This document shows positions 9,762 to 19,103 of a stretch of DNA of 64,000 nucleotides, one piece after another. The stretch's first letter is position 1, and every line of letters begins with the position of its first letter. Source of the stretch: Thermodesulfobacteriota bacterium (lineage in GTDB: Bacteria > Desulfobacterota > Desulfarculia > JACQYL01); NCBI GenBank assembly GCA_963675595.2, contig CAXXLZ010000002.1, positions 2,528,001 to 2,592,000 of the forward strand, read 5' to 3'. A program made the translations under genes and the position numbers. A model generated the notes under the pieces. The model did no database searches. It saw nothing but the letters and a program-made list of their open reading frames with translations, and had not been told where the DNA came from.

Positions 9762-11498
9762 ATGTCCGACAACACACCTCACCCATTTGTCCTGGAGTTG
9801 GCCGACGAAACCCGCAAAGGCAAGGTCAGCCGACGTGATTTCTTGAAATATGCCACGCTAATGGGCGTTTCATTAGGAGCGGCGGGGAGCCTGATCGGCG
9901 TCACTCCGGCCCAGGCGGCCGAGGCGGCGAACATGGACTGGGCCTCCCTGCGGAGGCAGAGCCCCTTCGAGATCAAAAACCTGCTCATTGCGGAGGCAAA
10001 AAAGACTGCGGAGAGCAAACCCGGCGGCGAATGGATCAATGCGGGGCGCGGCAATCCGAATTTTCTGAATACCACGGCCCGCAAAGCCCTTTCCCTGCTT
10101 ACCCTCTTCGCCGTAGAACAGGCCGAAACCGGTTCACATTTCAATGACGGCGGGTACCGGGTTTCTCAGGCAGGCATTGCGAAGAGATTCGACGCGTTCA
10201 TGGCCCGGCATGTTGAAGATCCCGGGGGCAAATGTTTGCATGACGCCATTCAGTATGCATGCACCGGTCTGGGCATGAATCCGGACGACGTGGTCTTTCA
10301 GCTCACAGACGGTATCCAGGGCGACTTCTATCCGGATCCTCCGCGAATTTTTCCGGTAACAGAGGCGATCTTGAACAGATATCTGGATCGAGTGGTCTTC
10401 TCGGGACATCCGCCCGAGGGCAAGTTTCACCTGTTCGCCACGGAAGGCGCTACGGCGGCAATGATCTATATTTTCAACTCGTTGCGTGAGAATATGGTGC
10501 TCAACCCCGGTGACAAGGTGGCCATCGTAACTCCCATTTTCTCGCCCTATCTGGAGCTGCCCGTGCTCGCCGACTACGGCCTCGAGACCGTATACATCAA
10601 AGGCGACGAGTCCATGGGCTGGCAGATTCCGGACGAAGAGACGGCCAAACTCAAAGACCCAAAAATCAAAGCGCTTTACATGGTGAATCCCACCAACCCC
10701 ACTTCCGTGTCCCTCAACTCGGACACCACACACAGCATGGCCTCCACTATCCGCCGGTATAATCCGGACATGGTCATCATCTCCGATACGGTCTACGCGA
10801 GCTTTGTGGACAAATTCAATACCTTCGGTCGGGAGCTGCCCAGGAACATCCTCGGTGTCTATTCGTTTTCCAAGTACTTCGGAGTAACCGGCTGGCGGCT
10901 CGGAGTGGTGATGGTCCACGAGGATTGCGTCATAGACAAGATCATTGCCAGGCTGCCCAAGCGTGATCAGGCGAAGCTCGACCTGCGCTATCGGCTGACC
11001 TCCACGCATCCCGAAACCATCAGATTCTATCAACGTCTGGAAATGGATTCGCGCCAGGTTGCTCTGGCTCATACCGGAGGGCTTTCCGGTCCGCAGCAGA
11101 CGGCCATGAGCCTGTTCGCCCTTTTCGAATTGCTGGACGAGACTTTTGCCTACAAGGCGTCCATCATGGGCATCCTGAAAAGGCGCTGGACCGCCCTGTT
11201 CAAGGCTTTGGACATACCTGAGCCCACGGGAGACAACCTGACACGCTATTATGCGCTCATCGACCTGGGACGCCTGGCCGAAGCAAAGCACGGCAAGGCA
11301 TTTGCGGCAAAGATGATGAAGAGCGAGCCCCTGGATTTTGTATTCCGGCTGGCCCAAAAAGAGGCCACGGTGTGTCTGCCCGGTAAGGGCTTTGCGGGCC
11401 CGGACTGGTCGCTACGCGTGGCCCTCGCCAATATATCCGAGGAGGATTGCACCGCCATTGGCAACAATATCCTGAAGGTGCTGGAAAGCTACAAGTGA
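9762..11498 (+). CDS. aspD: Aspartate 4-decarboxylase / bifunctional aspartate aminotransferase (PLP) with Tat signal peptide
   Basis: SPFEIKN.L, NAGRGNPN, LFATEGATAAM, VNPTNP, SDTVY, YSFSKYFGVTGWRLG (PLP Lys) and HTGGLS.PQQ. N-terminus has SRRDFLK, an h-region and AQA. Confidence 0.88.
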   Translation: MSDNTPHPFVLELADETRKGKVSRRDFLKYATLMGVSLGAAGSLIGVTPAQAAEAANMDWASLRRQSPFEIKNLLIAEAKKTAESKPGGEWINAGRGNPNFLNTTARKALSLLTLFAVEQAETGSHFNDGGYRVSQAGIAKRFDAFMARHVEDPGGKCLHDAIQYACTGLGMNPDDVVFQLTDGIQGDFYPDPPRIFPVTEAILNRYLDRVVFSGHPPEGKFHLFATEGATAAMIYIFNSLRENMVLNPGDKVAIVTPIFSPYLELPVLADYGLETVYIKGDESMGWQIPDEETAKLKDPKIKALYMVNPTNPTSVSLNSDTTHSMASTIRRYNPDMVIISDTVYASFVDKFNTFGRELPRNILGVYSFSKYFGVTGWRLGVVMVHEDCVIDKIIARLPKRDQAKLDLRYRLTSTHPETIRFYQRLEMDSRQVALAHTGGLSGPQQTAMSLFALFELLDETFAYKASIMGILKRRWTALFKALDIPEPTGDNLTRYYALIDLGRLAEAKHGKAFAAKMMKSEPLDFVFRLAQKEATVCLPGKGFAGPDWSLRVALANISEEDCTAIGNNILKVLESYK

Positions 11499-11729
11499 TC
11501 CCTTCCCAAATCATGAGGGGAGCAAGGTTTCTTTCGGGGGGGTCAGGATTACTCTTGACTCCCGCCTGCCGGCAAATCGAAGCTCGTCTTCGACAGTAAG
11601 AAAAATCCGGAGGCCGGGAACCTACAAACGATACTCGGGTCTTTTGGTGAACTACCTCATCCCCGGTGCGAACCGGGAGATTGTCAACCGTCCGGATTCT
11701 CACCCCTCCGCACCCGGCTCAAACAGCAA

Positions 11730-11755
11730 AGGCGTAACCCGTTAAGATTACGCCT
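11730..11755 (-). terminator. tRNA terminator hairpin
   Basis: AGGCGTAA...TTACGCCT stem directly 3' of the tRNA on the minus strand. Confidence 0.55.
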
Positions 11756-11767
11756 CAAATTGCTTTT

Positions 11768-11844
11768 TGGTGGCGATGCAGGGACTTGAACCCCGGACAC
11801 TGCGGATATGAGCCGCATGCTCTAACCGGCTGAGCTACATCGCC
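11768..11844 (-). tRNA. tRNA-Met (CAT), probably the elongator
   Basis: GGCGATGTAGCTCAGCCGGTTAGAGCATGCGGCTCATATCCGCAGTGTCCGGGGTTCAAGTCCCTGCATCGCCACCA: 77-nt cloverleaf with CAT anticodon, paired 1:72 and encoded CCA. Confidence 0.95.
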
Positions 11845-11855
11845 TGAAAGAATGT

Positions 11856-11884
11856 ATCCTAGGAATCCGACCCCCTGTTGTCAA
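11856..11884 (-). promoter_or_regulatory. sigma70 promoter of tRNA-Met
   Basis: TTGACA-17 nt-TAGGAT on the minus strand. Confidence 0.7.
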
Positions 11885-12026
11885 CTACTTTCTCTTCACC
11901 CCGAAAAAAGAAATGCCTCATACGCCGGCGGTCCATCCTGAGCTCGGCTTCCACCGACGAGCTTTACCGCAGCGGCCGGGCGTTTCGCCTCAGCGGCATC
12001 ATCGGAATCCGAGAGGAGTCCCGTCC

Positions 12027-12920
12027 TCAGCCGTCTAAGAATCCCAAAAAACCCTGAACGCTGTTCCGAAGAAAAAACAGCTCCCGTTCCCTCTTGGCCG
12101 GGTTCATATGTGCCAGAGCCGCGAGCCCCGGATCCTCCTCCCGGACGCGGGCGAGACAGGCTTCGGCCCGATCCTCGAAACGGGGATTCTTTCGCTCCTC
12201 CTCAATCAACCGTTTCCAAAGGAGCAACTGGTCCTTATGTCGCGCAAGCATTTTCCGGGACGACTCGGCCATGCCGAAGTGCGCATAACACATGGGCGAA
12301 TCTTCCCCACGTACCAGAAACTCGATGCTCTCAACCGCCGAGCCCAAAAAAAACCTCGGAGGCGTAGACGGTCTCATGTAGTCCGGACTCTCCTCGGGCA
12401 GATGCACCCCCCCCGCCTCACCGGCGAACAGCAGGCCGCCGCACCGAAAACACAAATGATGGGCCGCGTGGCCGGGCGCGTCGATCACTTTGATGCCCGG
12501 CAGGTCCGCTCGAGTATGGGGAATGAGCTTTTCCGCGGGAACCGGGGACGGCTCTCCGTACAAGAGGGCCACTTCTCCCAAGGCTTTCTTGCTCCCTTCC
12601 CACAAGGGACCGGGAGCCGTAAGGTGCCGGACGGCTCTTTCATGGCAGACCACCACCGCCTCGGGAAACGCGTCCAGTAAAATTCCCAGTCCCCCCGCAT
12701 GATCGATGTGCAGATGGGTCAACAGCACGGCGTCCGGCTTCATGCCCACACCGCGCAAATAGTCCACCAGTTGGCTTGCGGAGGAAGCCGGCCCCACGTC
12801 CACCACGAACGATAGACTTCCCCGATAGATCCAACTGGACAAAAAACCGTCGAATCCGGCGTTTTCCTGCTTCAATTCCAATAGCGTCAGGCGATCACTC
12901 AAAATCCTAGCCGCGGTCAT
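12027..12920 (-). CDS. MBL-fold metallo-hydrolase
   Basis: THLHIDHAGG, PGHAAHH and YAHFG motifs. Confidence 0.9.
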   Translation of the reverse strand: MTAARILSDRLTLLELKQENAGFDGFLSSWIYRGSLSFVVDVGPASSASQLVDYLRGVGMKPDAVLLTHLHIDHAGGLGILLDAFPEAVVVCHERAVRHLTAPGPLWEGSKKALGEVALLYGEPSPVPAEKLIPHTRADLPGIKVIDAPGHAAHHLCFRCGGLLFAGEAGGVHLPEESPDYMRPSTPPRFFLGSAVESIEFLVRGEDSPMCYAHFGMAESSRKMLARHKDQLLLWKRLIEEERKNPRFEDRAEACLARVREEDPGLAALAHMNPAKRERELFFLRNSVQGFLGFLDG

Positions 12921-12933
12921 TCAGTCCCTCCGG

Positions 12934-14166
12934 TCACAGGTTCATGAGAAACTTCCTCAGGAAGTCCAGCCCGATGATGGTGCACCGTTCGTAGAGGGTG
13001 TTCTCCACTCCACCCAAGGAATAGTGCGCGGCCCGACAGGTTCCTTCCGATCCCACGCCGATGGACAGCTCCACCCGTAATCCGTCCTCCTCACGCTCTG
13101 GAAAGCCGAGCAATACGAGCCCCAGGTCGGCGCCGGCCTCCCGGGCGATTTTTCGTACCAAGGGAGGGATCACTTCCTGAACCGTGCTTGCCGAAGGCGG
13201 TTCCCAGAGCGAATCCCCCAAACGGCTTCTCAGCGATTCCAAATTGGAGAGCACGAGACCTTGCTTCGTCGAATTCCCGGGCTCCCGCGACAAACGCAGG
13301 GCCACTCCGCCCCCGGAAACGGTATCCAGCACTGCCAAGCTCTTTCCGGAATCGGCCAACTTCCCGGCCACCACTCCTTCCAGCGTATCGTCTCCCGAGC
13401 CGTAAACCAGCTTTCCAAGCCGGCCGCGTATTTCCTCCTCCACACCCTGGATCAGGGTCAGAGCTTCCACTTCATTTTTCGCTTCGGCCGCGATCCGTAC
13501 TTTGATGTCGCCGGGAGAGGCCAGAAGCCCGACCACGGGGTTCGTTCCCGAACGAATCAGGTCTCCGATTTCCCGATCCACGGAACTCTCCCCGAGACCG
13601 GTCACTTTGAGGACCCTGTAACAGATGGTCTTCCCTCCCAAGGCGAAATGCTCCTTGATCAGCGGAAGCAGCGTCTCCCGTGTGAGGTACTTGAGCTCAA
13701 CGGGTACTCCGGGCAGCGTGGCAATCAGCTTTCCCTCCCGTTGAACGTGAAACCCGGGTGCCGTGCCCCTGGGATTCAGTATGGGTTCCGCCCCTTCGGG
13801 AATGTAGGCCTGGAGACGATTATTGTCCGCCATGTGATAGCCGGCCCGTAGAAAAAACGCCTCGATACGATCCATGAGATCCTGACGAAACGTCAAGGGT
13901 ACTCCAAAAAAGTCGGCAATCGCCTGCCGGGTGAGATCGTCCTTGGTGGGACCCAAGCCGCCGGAACACACCACCAGGTCGGCCCGCGACCAGGCATTCC
14001 TCAGGACCGAGATCATCCGTTCCAGGTCGTCTCCCACCGTGCTGTGATAACATACGTCGACTCCCGCCCGGTTCAGCGTCTCAGCCAACCAGGCGGCGTT
14101 GGTGTCCACGATTTGGCCTAAAAGCAATTCGCTTCCAATCGTTACGATTTCACATACAGGCGCCAT
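12934..14166 (-). CDS. cinA: Competence/damage-inducible protein CinA
   Basis: IGSELLLGQIVDTN, VGDD, GGLGPTKDDLT, GTAPG, LPGVP.E; C-terminal CinA domain appears degenerate. Confidence 0.88.
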   Translation of the reverse strand: MAPVCEIVTIGSELLLGQIVDTNAAWLAETLNRAGVDVCYHSTVGDDLERMISVLRNAWSRADLVVCSGGLGPTKDDLTRQAIADFFGVPLTFRQDLMDRIEAFFLRAGYHMADNNRLQAYIPEGAEPILNPRGTAPGFHVQREGKLIATLPGVPVELKYLTRETLLPLIKEHFALGGKTICYRVLKVTGLGESSVDREIGDLIRSGTNPVVGLLASPGDIKVRIAAEAKNEVEALTLIQGVEEEIRGRLGKLVYGSGDDTLEGVVAGKLADSGKSLAVLDTVSGGGVALRLSREPGNSTKQGLVLSNLESLRSRLGDSLWEPPSASTVQEVIPPLVRKIAREAGADLGLVLLGFPEREEDGLRVELSIGVGSEGTCRAAHYSLGGVENTLYERCTIIGLDFLRKFLMNL

Positions 14167-14395
14167 TTTCGGACCCCGATTTTGCGGTGTGTGAGCGTGG
14201 TGAGCACAGTGCATTTCAATAAATACCGTCCGCACTATACGGGAACTTGTGTCCGAGCCTCAAGGTGAATATAGTCCCTGGATCGAGGGCTTGCCGGCCC
14301 ATGGGCCTGTTGCGCCCATCTTTTTACCGTACCGGAATCCGGCCGCCGTGGTCCGGAGGCCGTGCAGGCAGCCCGCTGAAAAAGTCCGATTGTCG

Positions 14396-14519
14396 CAGAC
14401 TGTTGAAAAACGATGACATGCAAGGCGCGCAATTCCGGAGAAACGAGGCGTACATAGAAGTACGTCGCAGTGACGAGGGATGAAGCGCAACGCCTCGGAT
14501 CGCGTTTTTCAACGGTCTG
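14396..14519. repeat. MITE-like miniature element (124 bp)
   Basis: TIRs CAGACTGTTGAAAAACG and CGTTTTTCAACGGTCTG match 16/17. An extra degenerate end, CAGCCCGCTGAAAAAG, lies at about 14369. Confidence 0.7.
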
Positions 14520-14530
14520 GGAGGAGTTCC

Positions 14531-15541
14531 GTGACACACGCCGAGGCCGAAGCGGTGCTGCACAGATTCGGAGTCCATTCCCTAGTCCGCCTGGAACCGG
14601 CGGTTGGCGGGAAAATCCACGAAACGGTCTTTGTGGACGCTCCCAACGGCCGTCTCGTGCTCCAACGCGTGAGTCCTCCTTTTGATGAACGAAGCGCGAG
14701 AGATGTGGCTGCGGTCACCTCTTTCCTCGCGAAAGAAGATTTCCCTTCCCCAAGAATTCTTCGCGCCGATTCCGGAGAACCTTTCGTGAGGGTTTCCGGA
14801 AGTCTTTTCCGCCTGATGGAGAGAATGCCGGGCGGTTTGCGCCCCATGTTCGGACCGTCGGAAGCCTATGAAGCAGGACGCCTCACGGGCCGACTCCACG
14901 TATTGCTGGAGAAGCTGAGCCATCGGCCCGAGTTTTCCCTGGAAGGCGTCCACGACCCACCGACCGCTCTACGGAAACTCTTCCGCGCCGCTGAGAGGAA
15001 CGCGGGTAAAAAGGCCCAGGTTTCCGATCTGCTTGAAGTTTTCGCCCGGGAGATCACATCCCGCCCCCTACCGAAGGACCTCCCGCTTAGAAGTATCCAC
15101 GGCGACCTCAAGACCACGAATTTCCTGTGGGGAGAGACCGGCGCCCCCACCGCCCTCCTCGATTACGACACATTCAAACAGGGAAATTACCCCATGGAAA
15201 TGGCGGATGCGTTTCGTTCGTGGTGTGGAACTAATAACGCTCCGGACGGACCTGGTTTTAGTCTCGGTAAGTTACGGGCCGGGTGGAGAGGCTATCTCGA
15301 AACGGCCCCCCCCTGGAGTAGAGTGGAGGTTACCTCTCTGGCTGCCGCGATTCCCCTGATTTTCTTAGAGTTGGGCGCCAGGTACCTCGCCGATTTTTTC
15401 GAAGAATGTTATTTTGCGTGGGATCCTTCGAAATTCGAAAGCCGGGCGGCACACAACCTGCACCGAGCTCACCTCCAGTGGAACCTATTTCTCCAAACAA
15501 CAAACCAAGACGACGAAATTCGCGAGATTCTCCACGTTTGA
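14531..15541 (+). CDS. Aminoglycoside-phosphotransferase-fold kinase (N-acetylhexosamine 1-kinase/AmgK-like)
   Basis: IHGDLKTTN catalytic loop, LLDYDT, ADAFRS, ELGARYLAD and HNL.RA..Q. GTG start with GAGGAG RBS. Confidence 0.8.
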   Translation: MTHAEAEAVLHRFGVHSLVRLEPAVGGKIHETVFVDAPNGRLVLQRVSPPFDERSARDVAAVTSFLAKEDFPSPRILRADSGEPFVRVSGSLFRLMERMPGGLRPMFGPSEAYEAGRLTGRLHVLLEKLSHRPEFSLEGVHDPPTALRKLFRAAERNAGKKAQVSDLLEVFAREITSRPLPKDLPLRSIHGDLKTTNFLWGETGAPTALLDYDTFKQGNYPMEMADAFRSWCGTNNAPDGPGFSLGKLRAGWRGYLETAPPWSRVEVTSLAAAIPLIFLELGARYLADFFEECYFAWDPSKFESRAAHNLHRAHLQWNLFLQTTNQDDEIREILHV

Positions 15542-15740
15542 CACCGGGCGAGAATCTTTCGGCGCTGATTCGCGTTTCCCTTGTCTTAGCCCGGGTCGCC
15601 TTGTATGATAGAGAATCGTGAGGGTTTGATTTTATCGCGGTTTCCGAGCATGGGTACGGCTCGAATTTCACCCTGCATGATACCTTCGGGCCGGGCTTCC
15701 GCGCCCTTTGGGTCCGCAGATCAAGGGAGGCTGGGGCCAA

Positions 15741-16283
15741 GTGACCAAAGTCGTCGACCTCGGTCAATACAGGCGAAAAATCGCGGCGGACAGAGCTTTC
15801 CACCACTGGAAGAAACGCTTCCAGGAAAAGCTGGATGAAGACTCCCGCCTGATCGAACTCACTGATTCGGCATTGGCCAAACTGCTGGAGCCCGGACAGG
15901 AGAGCCAGGACTTGGTCTACGTCATGATTATGGGAGCGCTGAACGTAAACCGACGAGTCTCCTTTACGGAATTGAACAGCGATACCAAGATGAAACTCCT
16001 GGACATCTCGCTCTTCTTTCTCGATCAAGTTCGTTTCGAATGCATGCGCAGATTGGGTTGGGTGGCCGGGTTTCCGGGAGAGTCGTATCCCATGATCGCC
16101 CTGGTGCTGGATTATCCCGAAGTCAAACAGAATTCTCGCCCCGCTTATCCGGAAATCACCAAAGAAAACCCGGACTACGAAGAATTCATGCAGGTATATC
16201 CGGGCGATCGTGAAATGTTCATTCGGCAGCAGATTCCCAAGGCGATCAAGACATTTACCCGACGCCTTCAAAACAAATCCTGA
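15741..16283 (+). CDS. Hypothetical protein
   Basis: ORF with GGGAGG RBS, positioned in an operon between the kinase and the nucleotidyltransferase. Confidence 0.7.
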   Translation: MTKVVDLGQYRRKIAADRAFHHWKKRFQEKLDEDSRLIELTDSALAKLLEPGQESQDLVYVMIMGALNVNRRVSFTELNSDTKMKLLDISLFFLDQVRFECMRRLGWVAGFPGESYPMIALVLDYPEVKQNSRPAYPEITKENPDYEEFMQVYPGDREMFIRQQIPKAIKTFTRRLQNKS

Positions 16284-16295
16284 CTTTTTGAGCCA

Positions 16296-17276
16296 ATGAA
16301 TCAAGGCAGCCCGCCTCTTCCGTCCGAAGCCGTCGTCCTCGCCGCCGGCTATGGAAACCGCCTTAGGCCGCTGACCCTGGTGCGTCCCAAACCGCTCAGC
16401 CCCGTGCTCAATCGCCCGGTGCTTTCCTGGGTGTTGAAGCATCTTGAACGGTTCGGCATCAGCCGGGTATCCGCCAACGCTCACCATCTACACGAGTGCC
16501 TGGAGCGTTTTGCGGCGAGCGGCGAATGGAGCATGGAATTGTCCATTGTGGTGGAATCCGCCATTTTGGGAACCGGCGGTGGAATCCGGAACTGCGCTTC
16601 CCAACTTTCCCGACGAAACCCCATACTGGTCATGAATGGAGACCTCCTCGCGGACATCGACCTGCACGCGCTTGTCGAAAACCATATCCGCGGCGGCGCC
16701 CTCGCCACTATGGCGCTTCACGATTACCCTCGTTTCAACATCGTTGCCGTTGAGGGGGATCGGGTTGCGGGATTCCAAAGAAAAGCGGACGACAATTTCG
16801 GGAACCTCCCCAGAATGGCCTTCACGGGAGTTCACGTGATCGAGCCGGAGCTCCTTTCCCGGATACCCGAAGGGCCTTCCAGTATCATCGATGTTTATGA
16901 AGAACTGATCCACCGGGGCGGTGCCGTTCAGGCTCATTTCTGTAAAGGACACTACTGGAAGGACGTGGGAAGCCTCAAGGATTACGCCGACGTCCATGCC
17001 GAGCTGTTGGCACGGGCTCCCGACCCCTTCCTGGTGCATGAATCCGCTGCCGTGAGCCCCGATGTACGGCTGGAGAATTGGGCCTGCGTGGGTCCTGACG
17101 TACGCTTGGGTGCAGGCTGTCGCGTGGCCCGTTCGATTCTTTGGGACGGGGTTCGGGTGGAAGAAGGTGTACACATCGAAGACGCAGTGGTGACGGACGG
17201 CGTCGTCGTGTCTCGAAACTTGCTCGGTGAGATTCTCACCGATGGAAGTTGCGTGGAAATGTTCCGATCTCCATGA
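16296..17276 (+). CDS. Sugar-phosphate nucleotidyltransferase (MurU / mannose-1-P guanylyltransferase-like)
   Basis: LAAGYGNRLRPLT..RPKPL, LGTGGGI, NGD, W.DVG and a C-terminal hexapeptide region. Confidence 0.88.
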   Translation: MNQGSPPLPSEAVVLAAGYGNRLRPLTLVRPKPLSPVLNRPVLSWVLKHLERFGISRVSANAHHLHECLERFAASGEWSMELSIVVESAILGTGGGIRNCASQLSRRNPILVMNGDLLADIDLHALVENHIRGGALATMALHDYPRFNIVAVEGDRVAGFQRKADDNFGNLPRMAFTGVHVIEPELLSRIPEGPSSIIDVYEELIHRGGAVQAHFCKGHYWKDVGSLKDYADVHAELLARAPDPFLVHESAAVSPDVRLENWACVGPDVRLGAGCRVARSILWDGVRVEEGVHIEDAVVTDGVVVSRNLLGEILTDGSCVEMFRSP

Positions 17277-17465
17277 TCCGCATGGTTTCCCGGAGCCTGA
17301 AACGCAAAGGGTTACCGTCTGTTGTCTTTTCCGCCGATCCGGTCGTTCCCTTTTCTTCCACGAACTCGGATCGAAAAAGGGGCTCGGATTCAAGACCTTC
17401 CGGACCTCCCGCAGACGGCTGGATCGCTCCACACTCGCACATCACACTTTTCCCGGATTCCCGCC

Positions 17466-19082
17466 ATGAACGATGACACGAGCAACGTAATCCTCCAAGA
17501 GCGTGTGTCCCGACTCGAGGAGCAGGTTCGAAAAGTGGAGGACCTAAAACGAGCCGTGGAGGAACGTGAACTCCGCTTTCTCACCCTGTTCCACAACGCC
17601 GGAGACGCCATCTTCATTCATGAGCCGGAAGGAAGGTTCATCGAAGTCAACGAGGCCGCCTGCAGACGTCTAGGGTATTCCAGAGAAGAACTCCTGACAA
17701 AGAGTCCAAAGGACATCGACACTCCGGAATATGCAGACCAACTATCGGAAAGAGTGCGGTCGATGCTCCTTACAGGGCGCGCCTCTTTTGAAACCGCCCA
17801 CGTCACCAGGAACGGAAAGATCATCCCGGTGGAACTGAGCGCCACGGTCATCGACTATGAAGGCCGACCCGCAGTCTTGAGCATCGCCCGGGACATTTCC
17901 CGAAGGAAGCGCGCGGAAGCGAAAATGCAGGAGACCAAAACCCGGCTCGCCAAGCTGGCGAAGGAGAAGACCGCCGAACTCCAGAAGGCGAACGATCGGC
18001 TGAAAACGGAACTCGGAGAACGCAAAAAACGCGAGGAAGAGCTGGAGATCAGCGAGAGGAAATATCGGCTCCTGGCCGAGAACATCAGCGACGTTATTTG
18101 GACCGCCGACCTCAACCTCCGGTTCACCTATGTGACCCCCTCCATTCTGCAGAGGTTGGGCTACACTCCCGAGGAATTCCTGAAACTCCGTGTGGAGGAC
18201 ATTGTCCACCCCTCCTTTCACAAAGCGTTGCTGGATGCGTTCGAGCAACGCAAGGAGCTGGAACGCCTTGGAAAAGGAGACGACCATGCCAGGAGCTGGG
18301 AAATCCAATGCATGGCCAAAGACGGCTCCACGGTCTGGGTGGAATCGGCCACCAAAGCCTTGCGCGATTCCAGCGGCAGGTTTCAGGGCGTCCTGGGTAT
18401 CAATCGAGACATCGGAGAGCGAAAACGGACCGAGGAGCAGGTCAAGTCTTCCTTGAAGGAGAAAGAGGTCCTTTTGAAGGAAGTGCACCATCGGATCAAG
18501 AACAACCTGCAGGTCATTTCCAGCCTGTTGAATCTTCAGGCGAGCAAGATTCACGACGACCAGACCGTCCACGCATTGAGAGACTGCCAGGGAAGAATCA
18601 AAGCCATGGCGTTGGCCCATCAGAGTCTTTACGGCAGTGATGATTTGCAGTCCGTTGACTTTGTCTCCTACCTCTCCGATCTCGCCCGTACGGTTTTTCA
18701 CTCCTATGAAACTAGAGGAGGAGCGGCCAAGTTGCACATCAACGCACCGAAGAAGTTCAAACTTCCCATGGATCGGGCGGTGCCCGTAGGGATCGTGGTG
18801 AACGAACTCCTTTCCAACGCTCTCAAATACGCTTTTCCGGATCAGAGAGAAGGAGTGGTCCGCCTGGAGATATTACCCCAGGTCGATGATGAGCTTCTTG
18901 TGGTTTGCTCGGACAACGGTGTCGGACTGCCTGAAGGTTACGATTGGCGCAAAACGGGGACACTGGGATTCCAGTTGGTGGTGGGACTCATTGAAGGTCA
19001 ACTCGACGGTTCCGTGAAACTGCTGCAGCAAGGGGAGACGCGTTTCGAACTTCGCATCAAAACCGAAGCTCGGCCTTCCTGA
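17466..19082 (+). CDS. Cytoplasmic two-PAS sensor histidine kinase (HisKA_2 type)
   Basis: Two PAS/PAC domains; LLKEVHHRIKNNLQ, NELLSNALKYAF, DNGVG and TLG.QLV motifs. Confidence 0.92.
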   Translation: MNDDTSNVILQERVSRLEEQVRKVEDLKRAVEERELRFLTLFHNAGDAIFIHEPEGRFIEVNEAACRRLGYSREELLTKSPKDIDTPEYADQLSERVRSMLLTGRASFETAHVTRNGKIIPVELSATVIDYEGRPAVLSIARDISRRKRAEAKMQETKTRLAKLAKEKTAELQKANDRLKTELGERKKREEELEISERKYRLLAENISDVIWTADLNLRFTYVTPSILQRLGYTPEEFLKLRVEDIVHPSFHKALLDAFEQRKELERLGKGDDHARSWEIQCMAKDGSTVWVESATKALRDSSGRFQGVLGINRDIGERKRTEEQVKSSLKEKEVLLKEVHHRIKNNLQVISSLLNLQASKIHDDQTVHALRDCQGRIKAMALAHQSLYGSDDLQSVDFVSYLSDLARTVFHSYETRGGAAKLHINAPKKFKLPMDRAVPVGIVVNELLSNALKYAFPDQREGVVRLEILPQVDDELLVVCSDNGVGLPEGYDWRKTGTLGFQLVVGLIEGQLDGSVKLLQQGETRFELRIKTEARPS

Positions 19083-19103
19083 GCACGGCACTCCGAGGAA
19101 CCG

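Larger units (their letters stand above)
6145..11784. mobile_element. tRNA-Met-integrated genomic islet (about 5.6 kb), no integrase present
   Basis: Bounded by the 24-bp direct repeat; contains an AT-rich gene and an IS21 remnant. Confidence 0.8.

Noticed and set aside
11520-11790. Possible remnant of a serine recombinase C-terminus reading into the tRNA (EAGNLQTILG...)
   Set aside because: The resemblance is too weak to call without a profile search.
11768-11844. Initiator tRNA-fMet or tRNA-Ile2 identity
   Set aside because: G1:C72 is paired and the anticodon stem lacks three consecutive G:C pairs of the GGG/CCC type, so it is not an initiator. The acceptor stem fits elongator Met better than Ile2, though that is not proven.
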